From contig JYFJ02000689.1 in the NCBI GenBank assembly GCA_000934665.2, forward strand, positions 62,001 to 115,646: a stretch of DNA of 53,646 nt, in the 5' to 3' direction. This stretch comes from Catajapyx aquilonaris (Eukaryota). The translations under genes were made by a program, and so were the position numbers. Below, one piece after another: positions 1 to 11,932 of the stretch (the first letter of the stretch is position 1; every line of letters begins with the position of its first letter). The notes beneath the pieces are model-generated. The model did not search any database, had not been told where the DNA came from, and saw only the letters and a program-made list of their open reading frames with translations.

Positions 1-259
1 TACACAGTGTATGTGGTGCGTGAAGGAAGACAGATCATCTTCTGAGGGAGAGATCCAAAGAAGGTCGTCCCCACCATGTGATGTCGCTCTTATAAAATGA
101 CGACACAACGAAACTATAACTGTGAATTCGTCACCCTGCTGCCGGCCCGCTCTAATTTAACGTCTCTCCTGTATAATTAAAGGTAATGACCCCCACAAAG
201 AGTGTAATAAATAACCAGAATAAAGAAGGTGCATAAAATACGACGCAATTACGGCTGAC

Positions 260-670
260 ACCCAGAGTAATTACAATGGGGGTAATTGTTGCGTTTAAAA
301 ATTATTTCTCGACAGTGACGCACGAAAAAAATGACGAAACGCGAGCTGACTTCTACATATTAATAATAAATCGCAAAAAAAATGTGTCTCACTATATTTA
401 TATCATCTGGAAATGTAACAATGCGCTTTTTTTTGCACTAAATTTGTGCCATCCTGTTAATGACTAATTGTAAAAAGTTCATTTCGTCGCACTATTTCTA
501 TCAAGAACGGTTCCTTATCTGTAAATGCAACAATTGCGTATTTTTTGCACATTTTGGCCAACTTCATCTACATATTAATGATAAAAAGTAAAAATGTTTA
601 TTTAGACCGATTATTTCTCTCAAAAATGCTCCTTGTCTGTAAATGCAACAATTGCGCATTTTCGCCAATT
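260..670. repeat. Degenerate ~120-bp tandem repeats (probable non-autonomous TE remnant)
   Basis: Recurring tctg(g/t)aaatg(t/c)aacaa(t)tgcg at ~405, ~518 and ~635, plus recurring cttc..ctacatattaat and cactattt.tatca motifs. Confidence 0.5.
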
Positions 671-1248
671 TTGGCCGGGATACCGGAATATTTGAGCAAC
701 GTTCAGGTTGCTGACCTGCCAACCACAACGTACCTCACCTGTGGTACCTGTTATAACAAGAGATTCACTTCAAGCATAACTGCAATTTTTTTTATTTAAA
801 AGCAACACCTTCAAAACGAATCTCAAAATGCCGGAACTGCATATTATTAAATTCCATCCAGTTTCCCCACAGTCAATTAATCAGCGGTTAACAAAAACTC
901 TTCGTTATAATGTTCGCCCCCCTGCAAAACCAACGCTTTGTGACAAGAGGGTCATATTAGTCTTCAACACATCATCACTCCTCCGTAAACTTCTTAGGGT
1001 GTCGCCAGGGTCCCCCCCCAACAATGGTTGGGTTCATCATCAGAAGCTCAGGATTGGCCACAGCTCGGATGATACCAAGATCCTGGTTGGTCGAAAAGAG
1101 GCAAGTCCAGCAGTGGTGGCAGATGGTGCGGATGACTCCTGCTGCACTCCTTCCGTGCTGGTAACGGTGCAAAGCCCGCCCTTTTCTGGACAAAGCTACC
1201 AGTGCGCCGGAAGCGTTGGCCGCTGGCGGACCACTGTTGCCTTAAACC

Positions 1249-4200
1249 ATGAGCCATCAACTTGTGATAGTGCTGGTGCTGGTGGTGCTGGGTACTGTGG
1301 ACGCAGGTTCCAGACGACAATCCAAACCGATCAAGATGAACGCGACTGAAACTGTGACGCCAAAGAAGACCACTGTTGGGACATCGCAGAGGACAACTGT
1401 TGGGATATCCACGAAGACAACGACATTGAACACCGCATTAAAATCAACTATTATAATCGCAAGGACAACCCCATTCACAACCACAACCACAACAACAGTG
1501 CCTCCAACCACCACCGACATCACTACCCAAACACCATCGTTGGAGAGCCGTACAGGCGAAGAACAAGACGAGTACCTACTGTATCCAAAGGCCGACAGCA
1601 GCCAGGAGCACACACCTCATCTGAAGGTAACACCATGATGTTGACACTTTCCTCCACTAGTGCGACAATCATTTTGCGTCTTATAGTACTAATAATTGTC
1701 GTCAAATATTTATCAACTATGTCATATCCACAGTGATACACATCCTTTATCGTGATTGCTTCACGCCCTGACTCCCACAGTGACCATGCCAGCATGACAT
1801 TTCGCCGTTACGTATACCTCCCAAAAAAAAACGAGGTCCTCCCCTTTGCATAATTTTTATGTTAATATAGTCAGCATTCATGCGAGACACATAAGGACAG
1901 TCCAACATACCATCTATAAAAAGGAGGTTAGCAAAAAAGAAACGCTATGAAAACACCGCAATCCGTACAACTGTAGCATCAAGAGTCACGTCTTAAGAAT
2001 GCTTCCAAAAATCACAAACATTACTCTAACTGTATACGTCCTATGTGCATTTTCTGACCACACACTTCGCCCCCCCATCCAAAAAATTCCCCAAATTACG
2101 CCCCTCTAATAAGCATACTCTTATGTAATTATTATGCAATGGACGTGCTCTAATGACTTGTGGCAGATAACATTCTTTGCAAAAAAATACATATATTTTT
2201 TAGAAGGCCAAATCGGTTCCGGTTGCTGGTTGTTGTGGCCCAACAACCAGCCGCAAAAACCCCTTAGGCAAAACGGTTCTGCTGGGGCTTGGACCCATCA
2301 TCATCGCAGCACTAGGTCGACTCGAAACAGGAGAAAACAATTTTTTTGAGCCCCCAAAAAATGGCATTCCTACTGAAAAATTGCGGTAACGCTATTTTCG
2401 CACATCGAAACTGCCGTTGGGTAAGGTCACGTTGTGCTAAAAAGGACGATAATTTGACAGCCCATGTAGTACCATACTCCACGCTTTGTAATACTTTTCT
2501 CGGTGTTCAAGTTAGTGGCAGTTACTAACTCCCATAAGCAACTTTCTTTAGCTGAAGGCTGGTGGCATCTGCAGCTCATCTTAGCAATAATTATTCTTAG
2601 TAGGACATGCTAAAGTTTAGAGACAGTAACAAACTCCAATAAACCAGCTTCCGTTAGCAGGTCCTGCAAAAATTGGCAGCGCCTGTTAAAAATTGCATGT
2701 TAGTAGCAGCTGCTAAAGTTAGTGGCAGTTACTAACTTCAATAAAGGAATGTCACTTTGTTCAGCTAAGGTTGGTGACATCTGCAGCTCATGTAAGCAAA
2801 TATGTGTTAGTAGCAGCTGCTAAAGTTAGTGGCAGTTACTAAATCCATTAAAGCCACCATTTAGCAGGTTTTGCTAAAATTGGCGGCGCCTGTTAGAAAT
2901 TGCATGTTAGTAGCACCTGCTAAAGTTAGTGGCAGTTACTAACTTCAATGAAGGAATGTCACTTCGTTGAGCTAAGGTTGGTGACATCTGCAGCTCATGT
3001 AAGCAAATATGTGCTAGTAGCATCTGCTAAAGTTAGTGCCAGCTACTAAATCCATTAAAGCCACTTCCTTTAAACAGGTTCTGCTAAATTTGGCGGCGTC
3101 TGTTTGAAATTACGTGTTAGTAGCATCAACTGAAGTCATCAGTCTATAGCAGCCTCCAATTTAGTGGTTGCTATTAACTGATAAGGCTCGTTACGCCTAA
3201 GTAAACGTAACATGTAACGTCTAAGTAAACGTAACATGTGACGTCTAAGTAAACGTAACATTTTGCAAACATGTCATGTCTAAATAGACGTATAAATCGT
3301 CGAGATACGTTGGTTTTAATTTTTAGATGCGGTTTTTGTCGACCTTCTACTAACGTTAGTGTCAGCTACTAAAATAGAAAAAAGTTACTCCTAGCTTCAA
3401 ATAGCACATATCGCAGCTTTAATAGACGCGTTTATTCGTAATGATACACTTAGTGGCAGGAACGTCACTTTGGCTAAAGTTGGTGGCCCCTACTAATATT
3501 AGTAGCAGCTGCTAAAGTTAGTGGCAGGTCCTTGACTTTCATAACGCAACTTTTCTTTAGCTGTTGGTGGCGTCTGATCACGTTCACAATTATGTGTTAG
3601 TAGCAGCTGCTAAAGCTAGTGGCAGTTACTAACTTTAATAACGCAACTTTTCTTTAGTTGTTGGTGGTGTCTGATCACGTTAACAATTATGTGTTAGTAG
3701 CAGCTGCTAAAGTTAGTGGCAGTTACTAACTTTAATGACGCAACTTCCTTTAGTATGTCCTGCTAAATTTGGCGTCGTCTGGTAGTAAGTGTTCATAACA
3801 TCTACTGAAGTTATATGCTAATGGCAGCCACTAATTTAGTGACATTAGTACGTACTAGACCTAATCACCTGTTAATAGCTACTGCCAACTTTAGTAAAAC
3901 GCTCATTTTCCATAAATTTTACGTCCTTTTTAATACAAAACAAAACCACTTTAAGAAGCCCCTCCTCACACGTTAGGTGTTAAGTTACACATGTACATAT
4001 GACTTATTCTTCACGTCCATTTCTCTTCCCCCAAAATGCCCTTGATTCTCACGGTTCCTTGGCATGATTCCGGGGGGGCCCAACCCATGACCTCCTAACG
4101 GAAATACGATTTCTGCAAAAAGAAGTACCCCTTTCCCTTACTTTGATCCTCGACCTTTTGCACAAAAAAAAAGTGAGCAAAAATTTCTCACCGCAAATAC

Positions 4201-7200
4201 CCACCCTGCAAAAAAAAAGAGTAGAGGTAATGATATCGAATATCATCACGGAATCTCGCTAATAAGGCCCCCACTTTTTTGTGCAAAAAAATTCGCCAAA
4301 TAAGTAGGTCGTTTTTTGGACGTTTTCTTCCACCTTTCAAAAATACCTGTATCCTGCCTTGTTACCTTAAAAAGTACTGGAGAAATTATCGAAGTCACGT
4401 GTAATCAAACTCTCTTCTCTTCTTTTTTTTTTTTTTTTGCGAAAGGTCCGCCAAGGAATTAGATTTTGGGGAAGGTCCGTGGGAAAGTCCACCATTTGGG
4501 CTGCTTAGTTAACGGTACCTGCCTTTAAAAGGTCAGGAGATCTCTTAAGAAGACGTGAAGAGCAAACACAAGGTGTATTTTTTGTATACCCTTGTTTATT
4601 GTTGTGCTGTGTTGGCCACTTACAAGTTCCAAATAGTAGACTTGTTCTGGCCTAGATTGTTTCGCAAAAAAAATGGAAAGAATTTGTTGCAAAAAAAACA
4701 TGCCGGAATAATTTATGCAAAAATTTTCATCCTTCAACACGATATTTTTTTTTGCAGAAAAATATTAATCCAACACCAATGGAATCGAATAGGTTTTTAA
4801 AAATTAATTTCATAATTTTAATATTTGTCAATAACCCAGATGTCTCCATTATTTTTGTGTAATTTTTAGCAAATGAGAAACTAACACAATAACTAAAAAT
4901 CCGACATTATTTTTGTACTAGTGCATGTATAAAAATTGGCGTAAAATTTTGATCCACCTACACGATATTTAATTATTTAAAAATATAAATCCAACTTGTA
5001 AGAAATTGCGACCCTCAAATGGTGTAATAAATATATATTTTTTAAACTAAGAAATAGCGCCAATTAATGTTTCAAATTGGAAAATTAACCCTAATAAGCC
5101 TGAATTATTTTCTGTTTGATATGTAAAATATTTTTTTCTATTCGTGAACAAATGAACTCACACACAAAAAAATCTAACATTATACCCGTTTCCTTTATAA
5201 GTTTATATAAATATATTATTGTGTCATTATTAAAATGGGCCAATCAGATTCCTGAATTATTTTTGGGCAATTTTAAAAAAAAATCATGAAGAAATGAACT
5301 TACACAATAACTGCAAATGTTACATTTGTGCAAGTGTCCTACAATTTCAATAAGTGTCATATAATTTTTTTTATTAATCTCGGGTGTATCAATTTCACTA
5401 AATATTTTATATGTTAAATTTCGATAAATTCTGCAGTAAAACGTCCAAACTATTTATTTCCCCTGACCGTGACCTACCGCAATTAAAGCCATCAAGATAA
5501 TTTTGTACCGGCCTTACATAACCTCTAAGAGTGTAATTAAGGAAATGGACTAGGTTTGATGACATGCCCAGATTGCAATAAGTAGAAACAAGGCCCCCCG
5601 TTAGACACCCAAAAACAAGAGCAGAGATGAATACAACAAATGCAGGAAACTCCGATCGCAATGGGCGATAACCACTCTTTTGGAGGTCAGCAGGCTAATC
5701 AGCGGCTGTTTCGCAGGGCCTCCGACTATAATTTGCCATCATAATCATCATCATCGTTTCAGAGGCGAGGAAAAATATAGAGGCCGGTTGTTGAGGGGGG
5801 GGGGGGGNGGGGGGGAGGTGGCGGAAATTTTTCTGGGTCACCTTTCTTCCCTTGCCAAAAAAAAAATTGCGCAAAAATTTAATAATTGCCAAGAAGCTAC
5901 TGACCAACCACTGGCATATTTGAGCCTATCAGCAAAAGTGCATCGGAGGATTTTTCTGCGATATCATTTTCCAGCACAGTGCACCAGAGTCTAACGGTGA
6001 AGAAAAGCTAATGGCACGCGAAATGCTTCCTCAGGCGTTGCATTTTGGCGCAATCACATGCCAATCGCAATTTGCACCCAAAAAAAGACCACCACATTTT
6101 AAATATTTTTGCAAATTTTTGCTCGAATTTGAGTATGTCAGTCAGAGTGTGTAGCTGCCTTTACTCCTTTCCATGTACAACAAAATGACGGATTGAGTCA
6201 TCTGTTTAAAACGTCACGTCCTGACTTTAATACCAGGCTGCCGTGCACCACAATCTCGTATTCAAATGGTGGGGGCCTGTAATACTTTGACCACATAATC
6301 TTTCCCCCAAAATCTTTCCCAAACAACTTCCTAATTACACCCTGAGGTATACGGTATACAGATGAACCTGAAAAGGTTCGGAGGGGTATTCAACCCCCCT
6401 GGTATATGTCGCCATGTGGCGACATAACAAACACTCTTGGTGCCCTAATGAAACAGTAACCGGTACCGGTGATACCATATGTCACTCTATAAATAATACA
6501 TCGCGAGACAGTTACATATGTAGCTTCCGAAATGTTATTTCTGTCACGATTCGACTTCTGTCAGTACGTTACCGTTTTACTTTTTTTCTTTCTTTTCCTA
6601 TACAGGAAGAGCACGACGAGACCAACGTGCTGGAGCCCACCAAGTACCACTATTACCCGCACAACCAGCACCTTTACTTCCTACCAGAATGTGCCACGCA
6701 ACAGGTAAAGTTCCGGTACAACACAAGCACGTATAACAAAATAAAAGATTGAGCCATGGGTATTTTCACAACAATAAAAGAAAATTAATAATCTTGCGGG
6801 AAAATGCTGCCTGCCATGGTTGGTTATAATAGGCTGGATTTTTCTCAAGGCTTTTTTAATCTCCGTGCCAATCTGCGCAAAAGTCTTTTCACTCAACAAA
6901 ATGACCCTCGACAGGTTTCTTCACACCAATCCCACCAGTCTACATCATTGTAATGAGAACACCTCAATTTTTGCATACGGAGGCGGAGACCGTGAGATTA
7001 TTTCATGTGGCGCTGAATAATTAAAAATTAAAATTTCTCATACTCTTTTGTAAAAAATAATGTGAGTCTACAAATTTTCATATATTTAGAGGTAAAAAAA
7101 AATTTAACGTACCTGTGTTGAACAAATCTGTTTATGAACTCAGATTCGCGAAATTTTGGACAAGTATTCAGCCAGACCACCCAGTACAAGCCCTTATCCC

Positions 7201-8745
7201 TTTTTCATTAAGATGACAACGGTGTTTTTAGCAAGCCATACCATATGCTCGGTGTGACTTTTTGCACACCTTGACAAAAGCTTGTTTACTTAACCATACT
7301 TTGGTCACATCCGAACGAGCCGGCTCACCATCCGTGATAAATACCCTAAGAAAAAGTGGCGACACTTCTTTTTATATATATACATATTATAAATATACAC
7401 ACTATACAAATTGCACAAAAAGGTACCGCTTCGACCGCAAGAATTACACGGGTGCAAAAATTCAACGAAACCGAAAACATGCAAAAAGGAAGGTGTCACT
7501 TTCTCATTATAAAGGTGCCTCCGCCACAGTACGTGCGTAATAAATCTTTAGAGGAAAAATTTTTAAGGTACAAAAATTTTTCTTCTATGGAAAACCTTCA
7601 GGTGGCATTGAACTTCCTTCCGCGACAAATCCGGTCATGATCCCACGTTGTTCTTCGGTGGATTATTCGCCTTAAATGTTTTGCCAAAAAAAAAATCGCA
7701 TGTTCCGGATGAACCTATACCATTGGACATGCTATACCCCATCAGGAAGTTTAAAAAAACCCTGGGTTTAACAACTGTACGTTTTTAACACTTTTCCCTC
7801 CCGTCAATAGCTGTCCTTGGTTCGCGTGCCTGGCCGCTACTTTTTTCTCAAACGTTATCCTTTGAGCATATTATAGTGACTTCTACAAAATGCACAGTTT
7901 CAAATCCCGCGGTTGTAATTTCGCCCCCGGTGCAGTATGACCTCAGGAAACTCAACTGTGCTTTCACTTGCCGGGTTTTTTTTTCATATATTATTTTACT
8001 GTATAAACCCGGCAAGTGAAAGCACAGTAAATATTGTTTTCATAATAGTAAAGCAAAAATCCGTTTTCTTCTTGTTTAGAGCGACCGTTCGTATAGAAGG
8101 TGAATCTGATTAACATGATATACGAAAGATGATGAAATGTTTTTGGGGCAAAAAAAAAAATTGCCTTTTCAACAATGTACGGACATTTTGACGTCTAAAT
8201 ATTATTGTGGACCCGGATATGTGTGGCACCAAGAACCGTAATTTTTACGATCCCATTGTTTTCAATTATTGCTTATTATTCGGCCGCACAGTGGAACACA
8301 AGTAGCATTGGGCATGAAAAGTAATACGTTTTAAACCGCTCCAATTAACGCAATACTCCTGCTTATTACGAAACCCTCCGAAAGTCTTAAAATCTACATA
8401 ATAAATGTTGGATAAGGCATCATCATAACTGCTACATTACATTATAATCATAATTAAATAATAAATACCGGTAATATAAAAATAGTAATATTTAAAATGC
8501 ATTATTATTATTATTGTTGTTGTTTTGTTGTAGCATCAAGCACAATTTGTTTTTTATTTTGTTATATTTATATTTTTTTATTATTATTCTGTTATATTTA
8601 TATTTTTTGTTATTATTTTGTTATATTTCATTTTTTAATCTTAATTGTAATTTTAAATTTTTATTTTGCTGTATTTTTTATGTTGTTGTATTTTTATTTT
8701 GTTATATTTTTATTTTATTTTTAATTCTAATTGTAATTTTAAATT

Positions 8746-8788
<43 letters not shown>

Positions 8789-11562
8789 GGTGGTGGTGGT
8801 GGTGGTGTCTGTTTGAAGTGCTAATTTTCGTTTCTGAGTGCACATTTTCAATGTAACAATGGTCAATTACATTTTATTTATTTTTTCCCCTCCCCCCCCT
8901 TCCAGGTGTGCAGTGCAGTGTACCTCCGCCTGAACTACACCCAGCCTCTGTGTGCGTGTCCGGAAAGACACAAGGACCCGTGCTCGGTCAGCACCAACAC
9001 AAACGACAGGCACACGCTCGAGCTCATCACGGATCTGCACGAAAAGGTGATCCACAATTTAATAACGGCGGCACTGGACTAATTAAAAAAAGAAAAAAGA
9101 AACGCCGCAGCCTATGCCTCTCTCTCTCTAATGTACAGTACATCAAGCTTTATAGGAGACGACCAAATGACCGGCGACGACACGCTCCAGATGGCCCATG
9201 GGCAGTAAAATGTATCAGACAATGGGTCAAGATTGCACCTCGTGCGATGACTACCTGTCTTGGAAAGTCACGCCAATAATAATAATAATCATAAGGTTCC
9301 GCTAATGGGAAATATGGCTTGGGAAAAAAAAAAAAGAAACTTGGCTACACAAAAAAAAAGTCACAAAAAAACGGTGCCCCTCTTCCGGGCCGTGTGTCCG
9401 TCTCACGTGATACGTCCGCAACACACGGGGTCTGTTATCAGCACAGTCGGGACGTCCATTTTACCACGCTGTCGTCCCCATTAAAACAGCAACATTGTAT
9501 GGCACGCACCAACGTTTATTGTTGCAAACAGATAACCGTTGCATATTTTACTTTCTGTTTGTTTTGCGTTATTCAAATTTCCTGCCTGCTGCTCGTCAAA
9601 GAAGATGAGTTTCACGCAGGCGTTGCTCGGGTTATGAAATTCTTTGAATTAATCAATCTATCGATGCTACATCTTCGCCTCCTGCGGCCAAGGATGACCT
9701 TGGAGGTCAAGTCCAATGTGCTAAAAACCTTCCCCGTTAAAAACTACCCCTAATGATCCACCTGGGGCATATGTCGATGCCTCCGCAATGAATTGCATCG
9801 GGAACGTACAGACATACGTTTGGATAGATGTATTAGAGATGTGGATAGCTGTCAACGTAGTACCACATCTCTCACATAAATGGTGCGGTCACCCAAAACT
9901 ATCAGTAGTGATGACTTGCCCCAGACAAACAGAAGCACACATGTACAGTAGTACTATTCTTGTTGCATATATGGCGCATCTGCACACTACTGCAACTCTC
10001 ACTGGCTGATGACTCACCCCGGACAAAAAAAGAGGCACAATAATTGTTTCTCTCCAAAATTTGTGTTGGTCACATCTCCCTGATTCCCTAGCAAAGTTTG
10101 CTATAGAGAGAGACTTGCTTTCACTTAGTCCTCCATCCTCCAAAAGTGGTAACGGGACACGTGCAGCACGGTTGCTAAAAATTCAATTCGCATGATATGG
10201 ACACTCATTCAGAAGCGAATTGATTCTGGTACGGTTTATTTCCATTCATAGAAAATTGGGAGCTGAACTGAACTAGATCTGGTCCCCAAATGTCGGCTAT
10301 GTTCGTGGCAGACAAATTAACCTGGATTTCGAAGCCAATTTTATTCACTTGGGCTATTTAAAAAAAGGAGGGGGGGAAGCATGACCTAAAGGGCAATTAT
10401 TTGCAAAATCTCCTTTTTTATCCGAAGAAAGTTGATCTGCAAAAAGTAGTTCAATGTAATATTGTTTTACGAGGTCCAAACAGGGATTACGAATTTTATA
10501 AAACAGTTTTTAAATATCCAAAAATATTTAAACATTTTAAATACTTAAAAACAAGTATTTAAACAAGAAATAAGTGCTTTTAATACTTAAAAACAAATAT
10601 TTAAACATTTAAATAAATATGAAATAAAAATTTCAAAATATTTAAAATTATAATAATAAATCAATATGACCGTATAAGTATTAAAATAACTAAATATTTA
10701 AATATAAGAATAGTTAAATAAAATAATAAATATTTAAATAAAATAATAAATATTTAAATAAAATAATAAATATTAAATAAGAATTTCAAATCATTTAACA
10801 TAACAATTAATCAATGACTGTACAAATATTAACATAAGTAAATATTTAAATAAACAAATTTTTAAACAACTATATTTAAATAAACAAACAAATTTTTAAT
10901 GAAAGAAACACTTCAATTAAAAAATATTTAAATAACTATCTATAAATATTTAATGAATTTTATTAAATAAGTAATCACTGGTCCACATGGCTGTCACCTT
11001 TGTTGCAATTGTTGCTGTGCCTTGCTTTTAACCTGTCGTATTGTTGATAAAATTATAATGTACGTTGGCTTATGTCGCTTCGGTTTTATCGAGTTGACCC
11101 TTCATAACAATGATCCTTGTTCCAGCCCTTGACAATCATCAAGACTTGCGAATTGGTGCAGGATGTGCGGGAGTGCAGGACACCGAGGGACTGGTCCATC
11201 CTGGCACTTCAAAATGTCCGAACGGGCAAGTCGCACTACCTGGTCATCTGCAGGTGTCCGAGAAGCGGGTTTCTCGGTGAGTACGCTGTGCAAACTGTGA
11301 GTACGCCGTAATTGACACGACCCATTTCAGACGGACCAATGGTTCACAACCAGCCCATATACGCAAGGGTGCCGGGAATAAGAGTATACGGGATGGTCTG
11401 CAGGAAATCGAATTACAACGCGGGAAGACGCCGAAGATACATCGGTAAGTCGTGCAAACGATGCAACAAAGAACTGTACTAATCACTGCTACAATTTCAG
11501 AACCGAACCCATCATTTCCGTGGCACAAACTACAAAGGCTGATTGAAAGTGCGAGGATATGA
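1249..11562 (+). CDS. Secreted Cys-rich Argos/giant-lens-like (scoloptoxin-11-like) protein with Thr-rich mucin-like N-terminus, ~314 aa; exons 1249-1626, 6606-6704, 8906-9046, 11126-11276, 11331-11444, 11501-11562
   Basis: Signal peptide MSHQLVIVLVLVVLGTVDA and Thr-rich stalk. GT-AG introns with matching phases (0,0,0,1,1) give a continuous frame: LPECATQQ|VCSAVYLRLNYTQPLCACPERHKDPC...|PLTIIKTCELVQDVRECRTPRDWSILALQNVRTGKSHYLVICRCP...|DGPMVHNQPIYARVPGIRVYGMVC...|PSFPWHKLQRLIESARI*. Cys spacing recalls Argos-type domains; the family label is from memory. Confidence 0.8.
2505..3900. repeat. Tandem-repeat-containing element (minisatellite/MITE-like) in intron 1 of the Argos-like gene
   Basis: More than 8 copies of ttagtagcagctgctaaagttagtggcagttactaa in alternating ~105-135 bp units; internal 21-bp tandem (gtctaagtaaacgtaacatgt) at ~3195-3295; an inverted motif copy at ~3870-3896. 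Confidence 0.8.
7955..8028. repeat. Perfect 24-bp inverted repeat with 26-nt AT-rich loop
   Basis: actgtgctttcacttgccgggttt (7955-7978) and aaacccggcaagtgaaagcacagt (8005-8028). Confidence 0.9.
8500..8807. repeat. AT-rich low complexity followed by (GTA)n(GTG)n microsatellite
   Basis: Repeated ttttgttatattt tracts; gta x~11 then gtg x~9 at ~8748-8807. Confidence 0.9.
10500..10970. repeat. AT-rich low-complexity simple repeat
   Basis: Repeated aatatttaaata and aaataataaa units. Confidence 0.85.
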
Positions 11563-11932
11563 AGCCATCGCTTGGTGCATGCCAAGGACGCTAACTGTGA
11601 TTTCATAAGTTATATCAATGCAGACTGCCGCAATAATGTGTACTTGCATCTTTTTTGTGTGTGTGCGCGAGTGCAGAAATTGTCCGGCCAGACATTTTTT
11701 TAGTGTACCTGCTCATTTTTTTGGTCCAGAGTTGGCCTCGCGTGTATCATGCTGTTGGGACTTATACAGACGGTTAGGTTCTTGTGGGTTGAGGGTAGTG
11801 TCTGCCGGTTTTTACATTTTGGTGCCCCTTTTTTTGGTGGATGTTTGTCCCAACAGCCGCAACTTGTTAAAATACAGTGTATGGATTTTCCTGGCTCGTC
11901 TTTTCATTTAGCTTGGCTACAGTGGTACTCAC

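Noticed and set aside
828..1349. 173-aa + ORF overlapping the Argos-like start
   Set aside because: No recognisable motif; the 1249 frame has the signal peptide and a compatible splice donor.
2505..3900. CRISPR-like spacing of a ~36-nt repeat
   Set aside because: Spacers are themselves repeated, the context is a eukaryotic intron, and there are no cas genes.
5795..5820. Poly-G tract containing N (also ~16443-16467)
   Set aside because: Homopolymer with an ambiguous base; length unreliable, so no G-quadruplex or other claim is made.
8497..8816. Hydrophobic ORFs with poly-Val
   Set aside because: Translation of low-complexity and microsatellite DNA.
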